Below, piece after piece: positions 47,872 to 58,172 of a stretch of DNA of 64,000 nucleotides. Within the stretch, counting starts at the first letter, position 1. Every line of letters begins with the position of its first letter. The notes below the pieces were generated by a model. The model was not told the DNA's origin. It searched no databases and worked only from the letters and a program-made list of their open reading frames with translations. This DNA comes from an uncultured Mycoplasmatota bacterium (lineage in GTDB: Bacteria > Bacillota_I > Bacilli_A > RF39 > UBA660), in assembly GCA_947571135.1 (NCBI GenBank), contig CANOWY010000001.1, positions 3,604 through 67,603 of the forward strand, given 5' to 3'. A program made the position numbers and the translations under genes.

Positions 47872-48315
47872 ATGAAAGTAATTCTATTACAAGATGTAAA
47901 AAAGCAAGGTAACAAAGACGACATAGTAGAAGTAAGTGATGGCTATGCTAACAATTTTTTAATAAAAAATAAACTGGCTGTCCCATACTCCAAAAAGAGC
48001 AAAGAAGTATTAGAAACAGAATTAGAAACAAGAAAAAAAGCCGAAGAAAAAAGAATAGAAGAATGCCAAAAAATGGCTCATGAAATTGAGAAGAAAAAAT
48101 TAGTATTCACACTAAAATCAGGAAAAGATGGGAAAACATTTGGCACTATATCTTCCAAACAAATAAACGAAGAATTAAAAAAATGGGGATTTACAATTGA
48201 TAAAAAAAGTATCTTTGTAGATCATGCAATAGATACTTTAGGATGTCATGAAGTGGAAATTGAATTACACAAAAAAGTAAAATGTAAAATAACAATTGAA
48301 ATTAAAGAAAAATAA
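47872..48315 (+). CDS. rplI: 50S ribosomal protein L9
   Basis: MKVILLQDVK..G, V.DGYANNFLI, G..FGTISSK. Confidence 0.97.
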   Translation: MKVILLQDVKKQGNKDDIVEVSDGYANNFLIKNKLAVPYSKKSKEVLETELETRKKAEEKRIEECQKMAHEIEKKKLVFTLKSGKDGKTFGTISSKQINEELKKWGFTIDKKSIFVDHAIDTLGCHEVEIELHKKVKCKITIEIKEK

Positions 48316-48329
48316 AGAAGGTGAAAAGC

Positions 48330-49685
48330 ATGGCTATAAAACAAATGCCTCAAAACAAAGAAGCAGAAATGAGCGTACTTGGTGTATGTTTTTTAAACAA
48401 AGAAGCCTTACAAAAAGTATGTGAAGAAGTAAATATAAGCATGTTTTATAGTGAAGCCAACAAAAAAATATTTGAAGCCCTTCTGGAATTACATAAAAAT
48501 AGTACTCCCATTGATATAACCACTGTTAAAAATGAACTTGATAAACAAAAAAACTTAAATGCAATAGGAGGATTAGAATACATAAGTGAAGTGATTGATT
48601 CTGTTGCTACAACAGCGAATTTAGATTCTTATATTCAAATTATTAAAGAAAAAGCAATCCGTAGAAGACTGATTGATACAGCGACGAATATCATTACAGA
48701 TACTTATGAAGAAGAAAAAGATTTAGCACTATTACTTGACAACTCTGAAAAAAAGATAACAGATGTTGCCAAGTCGAGAGTATCAAAAGAATTAACCCCA
48801 ATATCAGAAGCATTAAGACAAGCCCAAGAAAATTTAGAACTACTTGCCAAAAACAAAAGCGAAATTACAGGACTTGCTACTGGTTTTTATGATTTAGATA
48901 AAGCAACCAGTGGATTGCATGGAGGAGAACTTATTATTTTAGGAGCCCGTCCCGCTGTTGGTAAAACTGCTTTTGCATTAAATATTGCCACCAATGCTGC
49001 CATGTCAACCGATAAAGCCGTTGCTATTTTTAATTTAGAAATGACCTCTGAACAGTTAGTAAATCGTATGCTAAGTGCAGTAGGCGGAATTGAAGGAGAT
49101 AAGTTAAAAACAGGATCTCTTAACCATAATGACTGGAAAAAATATAACGAAGCCATGAGCCAACTTGCCGATACTAACATATATATTGAAGATGATGTCT
49201 CTGTAACAGGGCCAGAAATAAGAGCAAAATGTCGTCGTCTTGCCAATAGTGCAAAAGGCCTTGCTTTAGTCGTGATTGATTACTTGCAGTTAGTTACAAC
49301 TGGTGGAAGAGCGGAATCTCGTCAAGTGGAAGTATCAGAAATTTCTCGATCCTTAAAGAAAATGGCAATTGAACTAAATGTTCCTGTAATTGCCTTAGCC
49401 CAATTAACTCGTGGAGCAGAACAAAGAAAAGATTCTAATCAACCAAGACTAGTCGATTTACGTGAATCAGGATCAATTGAACAAGACGCTGATTTAGTAA
49501 TGTTTTTAAACCGTCAAGATTATTTTGAAGAAAAATCAGCAGATAAAAAGCCAACCATTATACCAGTAGACTTAATTATAGCCAAGCATCGTCGTGGCTC
49601 CACTGGGCTTATACAACTAATATTAGAATTAGACAAAAGTTGCTTTAAAAACTACCAGCGTGTAGAGCCAGTTATGGAATATTAA
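48330..49685 (+). CDS. dnaB: Replicative DNA helicase
   Basis: PQN.EAE, GARPAVGKTAF, IDYLQL, LAQL.R, DLRESGSIEQDAD. Confidence 0.98.
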   Translation: MAIKQMPQNKEAEMSVLGVCFLNKEALQKVCEEVNISMFYSEANKKIFEALLELHKNSTPIDITTVKNELDKQKNLNAIGGLEYISEVIDSVATTANLDSYIQIIKEKAIRRRLIDTATNIITDTYEEEKDLALLLDNSEKKITDVAKSRVSKELTPISEALRQAQENLELLAKNKSEITGLATGFYDLDKATSGLHGGELIILGARPAVGKTAFALNIATNAAMSTDKAVAIFNLEMTSEQLVNRMLSAVGGIEGDKLKTGSLNHNDWKKYNEAMSQLADTNIYIEDDVSVTGPEIRAKCRRLANSAKGLALVVIDYLQLVTTGGRAESRQVEVSEISRSLKKMAIELNVPVIALAQLTRGAEQRKDSNQPRLVDLRESGSIEQDADLVMFLNRQDYFEEKSADKKPTIIPVDLIIAKHRRGSTGLIQLILELDKSCFKNYQRVEPVMEY

Positions 49686-49700
49686 AAAGGGTGATGAAAA

Positions 49701-51203
49701 TTGAAAAAAACAGAATTAACCAAAGCCATTATTTTAACAAGCATTACAGGAGTTCTCTTATTAATTATTGGTCTAACTACTCGTGATTTTGATTATGCAA
49801 AAAAAGTATACCAAGTATATTTAAATGGAAACAAACTAGGATTAATTGAAAATCAGGAAGATTTATATGCATTAATTAACGAAGAACAAAAAGAAATAAA
49901 AGAAGCCTATGGCGTATCAAATGTTTACCCTCCTAATGGTTTTGTCATTAAAGAACACAATACATATGAAGATGAGGTTGTTTCTGCCAAAGCCATTTAT
50001 GAAACAATAAAAGACAAAGAAGATTTTACGGTACAAGGATACACAATTAAAATTAAATTCAAAGAGGAGGAAAAACAAGATTTAGTCATAAATGTTCTAG
50101 ACGAAAATGTATTTAAAGAAGCCTTAACGAGTGTAGTGACAGCCTTTGTAGACAAAGATGAATTCTATGCTTATATAAATAATACACAAGAACCTATTGA
50201 TGAAGTGGGAGAAATTATAGAGGACTTATATTTTGAAGAAACGATTACCATAAAACCTACTTTTATTAGTGTAAATGATAAAATATATACAAATGCCAAT
50301 GAATTAACGCAATATTTATTATTTGGGCCTGAAAAGAAAAAAGAAGCCTATACTGTAAAACAGGGAGATACGATTTCCTCTATTTCAGAAGAACAAAAAC
50401 TAAATACACAAGAATTTTTAATTGCAAATCCTAAATATAAAAATGAAAATAGTATACTAACAATTGGAGACAAAGTGGACATTACTCTAATTAACCCAGT
50501 ACTTACCTTAGTAGAAAATATTTACTCTGTATCAGATGAAGAACAAAAATACGAAACAGAAGAAAAATATGATTCAACCAAACCAATTACATTTAGTGAA
50601 ATTACTCAAACGGGAATTACTGGAATTGAACGTATTAGTAGAGAAACACAAGTTGTAAATGGAGAACCAAATCAAGGTGTTGGAAAATTTAGTTCTGTGA
50701 CAATTAGAGAAACTCAAAATGAAATTATTACTAAAGGTGGACATAAACCAAATGGTCACTATGTAGATCAAGGCGGTGCCTGGGGATGGCCGACGAATCG
50801 TCCATACGTTATAACTTCTGAATTTGCGTATCGTTGGGGGTCTTTCCATAATGCGATTGATATTTCGATTCACCCAATGGGGTCTCCGATTTATGCGACA
50901 AAAGATGGAGTTGTAGTAGAAACAGAAAAAAGTTGTGCCAATGTTGGAAGTTATCGTAACCAATGTGGTGGAACTTATGGAAATCATGTAATTATCAATC
51001 ATAATAATGGATATTATACAATGTATGCTCATATGTTACAAAATGTAGAAGTAAATGTCGGAGACACTGTAAAACGTGGTCAAATTATTGGTTACATGGG
51101 AAGTAGTGGTTCTTCAACGGGAGTACATTTGCATTATGGTGTATCAAAAGGAGAGCCAAATCATGGTGGGCAATGGATTAATCCTCGGAGTCTGTATAGA
51201 TAA
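49701..51203 (+). CDS. M23 peptidase with LysM and G5 domains
   Basis: YTVKQGDT (LysM), G5-like segment, HNAIDI, YAHM, STGVHLHY; TTG start. Confidence 0.9.
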   Translation: MKKTELTKAIILTSITGVLLLIIGLTTRDFDYAKKVYQVYLNGNKLGLIENQEDLYALINEEQKEIKEAYGVSNVYPPNGFVIKEHNTYEDEVVSAKAIYETIKDKEDFTVQGYTIKIKFKEEEKQDLVINVLDENVFKEALTSVVTAFVDKDEFYAYINNTQEPIDEVGEIIEDLYFEETITIKPTFISVNDKIYTNANELTQYLLFGPEKKKEAYTVKQGDTISSISEEQKLNTQEFLIANPKYKNENSILTIGDKVDITLINPVLTLVENIYSVSDEEQKYETEEKYDSTKPITFSEITQTGITGIERISRETQVVNGEPNQGVGKFSSVTIRETQNEIITKGGHKPNGHYVDQGGAWGWPTNRPYVITSEFAYRWGSFHNAIDISIHPMGSPIYATKDGVVVETEKSCANVGSYRNQCGGTYGNHVIINHNNGYYTMYAHMLQNVEVNVGDTVKRGQIIGYMGSSGSSTGVHLHYGVSKGEPNHGGQWINPRSLYR

Positions 51204-51961
51204 TGCGTGTTGTTGTTCTAGCAAGTGGCTCCGAAGGAAACTCTACTTATATAGAAACAGAAGGAACCAAACTACTTATTGATTTAGGAAGAAATACCAA
51301 ATACATCAAAGAAAAATTAGCAGAAATTAATAGAAATCCTGAAGAAATAGATTATATATTGATTAGCCATACCCACAAAGACCACACCAGTGCCTTAAAA
51401 ACGTTTGTTAATCGTTACAAAACAACTGTACTTTTAAGTCAAGAAATGTTTTATGATTTAGAAGATATAAAAGAATACGAAAATATTGTTATCTATGAAG
51501 ATGATATCTATCTAAAAGACATTAAAATTAAAACAATTAAATCTTCACATGACGCACCAGACGCCAGAAACTTTATAGTAGAAAATAAAGGAGAATCTGT
51601 TGTTTATGTTACAGATACAGGCTATTTGAATCGTAAATACTTTGATATATTAAAAGACAAAGAAGTTTATTTATTTGAAAGTAATCATGATATTGAAATG
51701 CTTTTAAATGGGCCTTATCCAAAATGGCTAAAAACACGAGTTGTTGGAAGTTATGGCCACTTATCAAATAAAGATTCTTCCTTTTACTTAAGTAAATTAA
51801 TTGGCCCTCATACAAAAAAAGTGATTTTAATGCATTTAAGTCATATCAACAATACAGAAGAAAAAGCACTTGAAATGATACATGAAACATTTAAAGAATA
51901 TGAAATTGAATTTAAGGACATTGCCTGTGCAAAACGTTCTGAGATTACAGAGGTAGTTTAA
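51203..51961 (+). CDS. walJ: MBL-fold metallo-hydrolase, WalJ/YycJ-like
   Basis: LASGSEGNS, SHTHKDH, SHDA, FESNHD, GHLSN, HLSHINN. Confidence 0.85.
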   Translation: MRVVVLASGSEGNSTYIETEGTKLLIDLGRNTKYIKEKLAEINRNPEEIDYILISHTHKDHTSALKTFVNRYKTTVLLSQEMFYDLEDIKEYENIVIYEDDIYLKDIKIKTIKSSHDAPDARNFIVENKGESVVYVTDTGYLNRKYFDILKDKEVYLFESNHDIEMLLNGPYPKWLKTRVVGSYGHLSNKDSSFYLSKLIGPHTKKVILMHLSHINNTEEKALEMIHETFKEYEIEFKDIACAKRSEITEVV

Positions 51962-52398
51962 TGATTAAAATTATCTGTTTAGGAAAATTAAAAGAAAAAT
52001 ATTTAAATGCTATGGTTTTCGATTACGTAAAAAGAATTAATCGCTATCATAAAATAGAAATCATAGAACTAAAAGATGAAGATTCTCTTGAAAAAGAAGA
52101 AGCGAAAGTTTTAAAATACATAGGAGAAAAAGATTTTATTATCACTTTAGAAATTGAAGGAAAAAGTATAAAAAGCGAAGAACTAGCAAAATTAATGGAC
52201 ACTACATTTATTACGCATAGCACAATTACCTTTATAATAGGAAGTTCTCTAGGATTATCAGACAAGATAAAAAGCATTAGCCATTATGCTTTATCTTTTT
52301 CGAATCTTACATTTCCGCATGGTTTATTTAGAGGAATTTTACTTGAACAAATCTATCGTGCCTTTAAAATTAACAACCACGAAAGTTATCATAAATAA
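51961..52398 (+). CDS. rlmH: 23S rRNA pseudouridine-1915 N3-methyltransferase
   Basis: GKLKEKY, FIIGSSLGL, LTFPH.L.R.ILLEQIYRAF.I..HESYHK. Confidence 0.96.
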   Translation: MIKIICLGKLKEKYLNAMVFDYVKRINRYHKIEIIELKDEDSLEKEEAKVLKYIGEKDFIITLEIEGKSIKSEELAKLMDTTFITHSTITFIIGSSLGLSDKIKSISHYALSFSNLTFPHGLFRGILLEQIYRAFKINNHESYHK

Positions 52399-52594
52399 TT
52401 AGGAAGTAGCGATAAAGATACAATCGAAGAATTAAAACCACTAATTTTATATTTACTTTCAGAGTAAAAAAACTTGCATATTAAATATATAGTGGAACAA
52501 CTTACATCTGTTTATCTATCGCTAATAGTGATATAATTATGATGTTGTTGAAATGCGATTGGAAAGTAATGAAAATAAAAAAGGAGCAGTAAAT

Positions 52595-53266
52595 ATGTTA
52601 AACAATGATTGGGACCAAGTATTAAAAATAGTATTCGAAAGTGAAGGATTTAAAAAGTTTTATCATATAGTCGAAAATGAATACAATACCAAAACGATTT
52701 TCCCACCAAAAGATTATATCTTTAATGCTTTAAAATTAACCCCATACAAAGATGTAAAAGTAGTGATAGTGGGACAAGACCCATACCATGGTGTAGGAGA
52801 AGCCCATGGACTTTCTTTCTCTGTCCAAAAAGGAATTAAAGTTCCACCGTCTCTTAAAAATATTTATAAAGAATTAGAAAGTGACTTAGGAATTCCTCCA
52901 GTTAACGAAGGAGATTTAACGTATTGGGCACGTCAAGGAGTTCTTTTATTAAATGCGGTATTAACCGTTGTAAAAGATACCCCAGCAAGTCATAGAAACT
53001 TAGGTTGGGAGCGTCTTACAGATTACATTATTAAAACATTAAATGAAAAGCACGAACCAGTCGTATTTATCCTTTGGGGGAATTTTGCTAAAGAAAAAAA
53101 AGCATTTATTACCAATCCCCAACATTTAGTTTTAACATCTGCTCACCCAAGCCCATTCTCTGCAAACTATGGCTTTTTTGGAAGCAAGCCTTTTTCAAAA
53201 ACAAATGAGTTTTTAGAAAAGAACAATATAGTTCCTATTGACTGGAATTTAAACAATCAAAGTTAA
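52595..53266 (+). CDS. ung: Uracil-DNA glycosylase
   Basis: GQDPYH, GLSFS, GVLLLN, HPSPFS; ATG 52595 after AAGGAG. Confidence 0.97.
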   Translation: MLNNDWDQVLKIVFESEGFKKFYHIVENEYNTKTIFPPKDYIFNALKLTPYKDVKVVIVGQDPYHGVGEAHGLSFSVQKGIKVPPSLKNIYKELESDLGIPPVNEGDLTYWARQGVLLLNAVLTVVKDTPASHRNLGWERLTDYIIKTLNEKHEPVVFILWGNFAKEKKAFITNPQHLVLTSAHPSPFSANYGFFGSKPFSKTNEFLEKNNIVPIDWNLNNQS

Positions 53267-53287
53267 AAAGTTGAACTTTCACAAAAT

Positions 53288-53320
53288 AAAAATTCAAGAA
53301 TTATGAACCTTGAATTTTTT
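53288..53320. terminator. Bidirectional terminator between ung and lemA
   Basis: AAAAATTCAAG-loop-CTTGAATTTTT. Confidence 0.7.
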
Positions 53321-53873
53321 ATAATTTAAAATCATCGTACACATCATCTGTCATATCTTTGCCATCAAAAAAAGCATTAATTTTAAATTGATGAACTTTG
53401 GCAACAATATTAGAAGGAAATTTACGAATATAACCATTTAAGTCATTCGTATTTTTGTTATAATAATTTGTAATCGCCGCTATTTTTTCATCCGATTCTT
53501 TGATAGAAAAAAAGATTTCTTTTAATTCTTTGTTACCGGCAAGTTCAGGATAATCATCTCTAAACTTTCCTAAAGTATTAAAGGCTTCTTTTAATTTTCT
53601 ATCCAACTCAAAATTAGTAATTTTTTTATTCTTCAATTGGATATATTCCTTAAAATATTCTTTATTATCTTTTAAAGTAGTTTTCACGATAGAATCTCCA
53701 CGAACTAACATATCGTATCTTTTTCGTAAAGTTTCATCGATAATTCCTTCAGCCTGTTCAATTTTAGTTTTTAAATATTGCATTTTATTATAGTAAGAAA
53801 CATAAAGTATGGCAATACTTGCTCCGATAATAATGAAAATCAACAAAATAGTAAAAAAATTCATATACTTCAC
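53319..53873 (-). CDS. LemA family protein
   Basis: N-terminal TM, LRKRYD, YPEL, YYNK..N..IRKFPSNIVA. Confidence 0.85.
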   Translation of the reverse strand: MKYMNFFTILLIFIIIGASIAILYVSYYNKMQYLKTKIEQAEGIIDETLRKRYDMLVRGDSIVKTTLKDNKEYFKEYIQLKNKKITNFELDRKLKEAFNTLGKFRDDYPELAGNKELKEIFFSIKESDEKIAAITNYYNKNTNDLNGYIRKFPSNIVAKVHQFKINAFFDGKDMTDDVYDDFKL

Positions 53874-53954
53874 CTATTCTTAAAAATATTATACCATTAT
53901 TTTTTCATTTCTTTAACAGGAATGTTATAATTAGAAAAGAAAAGAGGAAAGCCT

Positions 53955-54464
53955 ATGCAAATAAAACGTATTCCCGTTGGGGATTTAGAAGCAAACTGCT
54001 ATATTGTAACTAAAGAAGAAAAAGCCCTATTAATAGACCCAGGCGACGAAGCAGAAAAAATAGAAAAACATCTAGAAGGTTTAGAGTTAGTAGGTATATT
54101 ACTTACACATGCACATTTCGATCATATCGGAGCACTTTCTTATTTTGAAGAAAAATATCACTTAAAACATAATGAAACGAATACGCAAATATTTACATAT
54201 GAAGTGATAAAAACACCAGGTCATTCCAAAGATTCTCTTACATTTTATTTTCCAGAAGAAAACATAATGTTTACAGGTGATTTCCTATTCCAAGGAACAA
54301 TTGGTAGAATGGATTTATCAGGTGGTGATGAACAAGAAATGAAAGAAAGCCTAAAAAGAATATCCACTTATGAAGATAGTATTACTATTTATCCAGGCCA
54401 TGGTCCTTCCTCTACCTTAAAAGAAGAAAAGAAATATTTTAATTACTATTACAATACGTTATAA
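53955..54464 (+). CDS. MBL-fold metallo-hydrolase, glyoxalase II-like
   Basis: ANCY, LIDPG, THAHFDHIG, TPGHS, FTGDFLF, YPGHG. Confidence 0.9.
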   Translation: MQIKRIPVGDLEANCYIVTKEEKALLIDPGDEAEKIEKHLEGLELVGILLTHAHFDHIGALSYFEEKYHLKHNETNTQIFTYEVIKTPGHSKDSLTFYFPEENIMFTGDFLFQGTIGRMDLSGGDEQEMKESLKRISTYEDSITIYPGHGPSSTLKEEKKYFNYYYNTL

Positions 54465-54512
54465 ATAAAAAATAACCTCCCCTTTAAAAAGATAGGGAAG
54501 TTTTTTTAATTT

Positions 54513-54890
54513 TTAAAATGTTTTTTCAGAATAAGCATGACTATAACGAATACGTTCATCAAATTCTACATAATCTAAATAAATCATACGAATTAAATAC
54601 CATTTTCCTGTGTTAGGATCACTAATAATCAAATGATCTTTTCCGGCCTCTTCAATAATACCGTTGTAGATTTTATCTCTCCATTCCACGGAATCGGGAT
54701 AAGACACATAAGCCCTTACTCTTTGTCCTTTATTTAATCTTAAAATATTCTCAATATAACTTTGTTCTGAATCGATATCTGGATTATAACTTATATTTCC
54801 TGGAGGAGTACTTCCAGTATAATTTCCATTAAAGCCTACATTGTCACTTGCTCCTGGAAATGTTGGATTTTGGTAATAACTACCGTTCAT
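54513..54890 (-). CDS. gerQ: Spore coat protein GerQ
   Basis: EQSYIENILRLNKG, GIIEEAGKDHLIISDP.TG.WYL..IYLDYV.FDE. Confidence 0.92.
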   Translation of the reverse strand: MNGSYYQNPTFPGASDNVGFNGNYTGSTPPGNISYNPDIDSEQSYIENILRLNKGQRVRAYVSYPDSVEWRDKIYNGIIEEAGKDHLIISDPNTGKWYLIRMIYLDYVEFDERIRYSHAYSEKTF

Positions 54891-54969
54891 TTTAATTCAC
54901 CTCTACTAATTATTATGATATTTGTTTCAAATTATGCAAATGTTTAGTATAATGTGTATGGTGAATAAT

Positions 54970-55890
54970 ATGGATTTAAACTTTGATTTAAGAAGTATTA
55001 GAGAAACTGTAACAAAAAAGAACTTTTATATTAGAAGCATTGTATTAATAGTAAGTGTCACATTATTAGCACTCAATTACAATTTATTTTTGTCTCCTAA
55101 TCATTTTGTTATTGGGGGAACTAGCGGACTTGCTATTATTATCAATAGATTATTTGGACTTTCTCATTCTATTTTTATAGGAATTACAAGTGCTATACTC
55201 ATTATCCTTGCCCTTGTTTTTCTTGGATATAAGGAGACAAGTCGTTGTATTATTGGTTCTATTTTATACCCATTTTTAATCTCTTTAACAGAGCCTTTAG
55301 CAAACTATTTAATACCTTATCTACAATTTGATAGTACTATAATTGTAGTATTAATTGGAGGAACTTTGTGTGGCGTATCAAATGGTTTGATTTATAAGAC
55401 GGGATTTAATACTGGCGGTAGTGATGTTTTAATGAAAATTATTAACAAATATGGAAAAATGCCAGAAGGAAAAGCTGTTTTTTCAATTAATATAGTTATA
55501 ATGATATTTGGTTGTATTATATTTGGAGCGAACAAGTTCATCTATTCGTTAATTATTTTATTTATAAATACTATGCTAATTGACCGTATTATTATTGGTG
55601 TTTCCAATAGTAAATTATTCTTTATTTATACCAAAGAAGAAGAAAAAGTAAAAACATTTATAATGGAAGAATTAAAAACAGGGGTAACACTATTTAATGC
55701 TAAAGGCGGATTTAGTGGAGAAGAAAGTCATGTCCTTATGTGTGTAGTCCCAAATCAAGATTATTATTTATTTAAAGAAACAGTTTTAGAAATAGATAAA
55801 GACGCTTTCTTTGTAATCAATGATTGTTATGAAGTAACAGGTGGCGTCCAAAAGACGCGAAAGTTAATAGGAAGTATAAATGGTAAATAA
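54970..55890 (+). CDS. YitT family membrane protein, second paralog
   Basis: GGTSGLA, NTGGSDVL, IDKDAFFVI. Confidence 0.88.
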   Translation: MDLNFDLRSIRETVTKKNFYIRSIVLIVSVTLLALNYNLFLSPNHFVIGGTSGLAIIINRLFGLSHSIFIGITSAILIILALVFLGYKETSRCIIGSILYPFLISLTEPLANYLIPYLQFDSTIIVVLIGGTLCGVSNGLIYKTGFNTGGSDVLMKIINKYGKMPEGKAVFSINIVIMIFGCIIFGANKFIYSLIILFINTMLIDRIIIGVSNSKLFFIYTKEEEKVKTFIMEELKTGVTLFNAKGGFSGEESHVLMCVVPNQDYYLFKETVLEIDKDAFFVINDCYEVTGGVQKTRKLIGSINGK

Positions 55891-55892
55891 AA

Positions 55893-57395
55893 ATGGAAGA
55901 ATTAGTACAAATATTATCAAATGCAAGTTGCAATTTAGAACTTTATCTAAAACAAATGAATGATTTAAGTGAAGAAGAAATAGTGGCTTTATTTGAAAAT
56001 ACAAATATAAGTAATGAAATCAAAGAAAATATCCTGATACATGCCTGCGAAAGAATGAACCACTTATCCGCAAACAGTTTTATTAAAATATCTATTTGGG
56101 CTGAAGATGTAAAACTTTATAAAAAAAATTATTTTTCAAAAATAGAAAAAATGACGTATCAAGAATTTGTAGATTTAATTTACAATGGTATTTATGAACC
56201 TGAAATTTTAATAGAAATTATGAAAACAGATGTTTACAGCAGATATTTACAACAAGAAAGAGAAGAGCCAAAAACATATGACATACAGTGTTTTGATATT
56301 CAGGGGAAATTAGATTCTTTTGACAGTATGGAAGAATTGGATTCTATTGGTCTAGAAACATTAAATATTATAAAAGAAAATAAAAAAACTGAAAACATGG
56401 AACTGATGGAATATGTTTATTTAAACACCCTTATAGAAAATATAGATTTGCTTCCATTAGATAGTAAAAGCATAAAAATTGGTTTAAATTTAATGGCAAT
56501 ACAAATGAAAAGACATCAAATTCTTACCATGAAAATGATTGAATTTTATTTATATTATCGTATTAAAGAATTAAATCTTAAAAGTGTTTGTAAAAATGTA
56601 ATTGTAACTTTAGGAAGTAGTAATCATTTTGGACATTATACAGTGGATGGAGAAATAGTAAAAGGTGGAACATTAAGAATTTATTATGAATATTTAATAA
56701 ATATTTTTCAAAAATATAACCAATCATTTCATTATGAAGGAATTAATGATGTAATCAATATTAATTTTTTAGAATTTATCTCACATGAGTTGAAACATGC
56801 ATTACAAATGTTTCATTTTATAAGGCTTACAGAAAATTTAGATAATACAAAATACTTTGAAACAATATATACTAATAAAGAAATCAATTATTTTTTAAGA
56901 AATGGAACTTTGCTATATAAAGTAGGAGAAGAAAAATATCATAAATACCATGATACTTTTATAAAAGAAGTACAAGCAAATTTATTTTCATTTTTTGATA
57001 CAAATAATCAAATACTTAAAAACTTTAAAGATTGCTATCCACAATATATGTTAGAAAACAATGTAATGACTTTTGCAAGGCGTATTGTTGAATTTTACAC
57101 AAACGAAGATGGCACTTTGTTATCTCCTATGGAAAAATTTGATACGTTTTATCTAGAAAATATTGGGGAGAAAAAAGAACCTATTGTTACGACTGAAAAT
57201 CCAGATATCATCTCTTCTTTAATGATGGGAGATAAAATTCCATTAGATGTATATGAATTTATCAAAAAAATAGCAAACAAAGAAATAAAAACAACTAACT
57301 TACTAGAAACACTAATGGTTTATCTACAAAATAATCCTGAGTTATCCACTCCCGCATTAACAAATGAAGTAGAAAAACAAACACCTACTTTATAG
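55893..57395 (+). CDS. Orphan protein with zincin motif
   Basis: GHY...ISHELKHALQ...EVQAN; no signal peptide. Confidence 0.6.
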   Translation: MEELVQILSNASCNLELYLKQMNDLSEEEIVALFENTNISNEIKENILIHACERMNHLSANSFIKISIWAEDVKLYKKNYFSKIEKMTYQEFVDLIYNGIYEPEILIEIMKTDVYSRYLQQEREEPKTYDIQCFDIQGKLDSFDSMEELDSIGLETLNIIKENKKTENMELMEYVYLNTLIENIDLLPLDSKSIKIGLNLMAIQMKRHQILTMKMIEFYLYYRIKELNLKSVCKNVIVTLGSSNHFGHYTVDGEIVKGGTLRIYYEYLINIFQKYNQSFHYEGINDVININFLEFISHELKHALQMFHFIRLTENLDNTKYFETIYTNKEINYFLRNGTLLYKVGEEKYHKYHDTFIKEVQANLFSFFDTNNQILKNFKDCYPQYMLENNVMTFARRIVEFYTNEDGTLLSPMEKFDTFYLENIGEKKEPIVTTENPDIISSLMMGDKIPLDVYEFIKKIANKEIKTTNLLETLMVYLQNNPELSTPALTNEVEKQTPTL

Positions 57396-57470
57396 ACTAG
57401 GTGAAATTTACCATTTATTTAAACACATTTAAATGATATAATTACTCTATAATATGAGGTGGTAAACGTA

Positions 57471-58172
57471 GTGAATTTAATAGAAGTAAAAAATTGTTAT
57501 AAAGTATACAACAATGGAGTTACGGCCATTGCAGATTTAAATTTAGCCATAGCAAGAGGAGAATTTGTATTTGTAATTGGGGCAAGTGGAAGTGGAAAAT
57601 CTACTTTAATCAAAATGTTATATCGTGAAGAAAAGCCAACGAATGGAAAAGTATTTGTTGGTGGTATTAATGTGGCAAAATTAAGAAATTCCAAAGTATT
57701 TAAATTAAGAAGAAAATTAGGAATTGTGTTCCAAGATTTTAAACTGCTCCCAAAATTAACAGTATATGAAAATGTGGCGTTTGCACTAGAAGCCATAGGA
57801 CTACACAGCAAAGAAATTCGTCCTAAAGTAATAAAAGCCTTGGAAAACGTTGGACTAAAAGATAAAATGCGTAGTTTTCCTAATCAACTATCTGGAGGAG
57901 AGCAACAAAGAGTATGCATTGCAAGATCCATCGTAAATGAACCAAAACTACTTATTTGTGATGAACCAACAGGAAACTTGGACCCAGACATTTCAAGAGA
58001 AATTGTGAGTATTTTAGATAAAATTAATAAAGAATTTGGAACGACAATTATAATGGCAACCCATGATAGAGACATTGTAAATAAAATGAAAAAAAGAGTA
58101 ATATTACTGGAAAATGGTGTCTTGGCAAGTGATGAAAAGAAAGGAAGTTATGTAGTACATGAAAGCCATTAG
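57471..58172 (+). CDS. ftsE: Cell division ATP-binding protein FtsE
   Basis: GASGSGKST, VFQDFKLL, LSGGEQQR, DEPTGNLD; GTG start after GAGGTG. Confidence 0.95.
   Translation: MNLIEVKNCYKVYNNGVTAIADLNLAIARGEFVFVIGASGSGKSTLIKMLYREEKPTNGKVFVGGINVAKLRNSKVFKLRRKLGIVFQDFKLLPKLTVYENVAFALEAIGLHSKEIRPKVIKALENVGLKDKMRSFPNQLSGGEQQRVCIARSIVNEPKLLICDEPTGNLDPDISREIVSILDKINKEFGTTIIMATHDRDIVNKMKKRVILLENGVLASDEKKGSYVVHESH

Noticed and set aside
16499-57395. Shared C-terminal export signal among orphan proteins (QKRKTNE, KAKKAA, EKQTPTL)
   Set aside because: Lys-rich tails are expected in this AT-rich genome, and no consistent motif is present.
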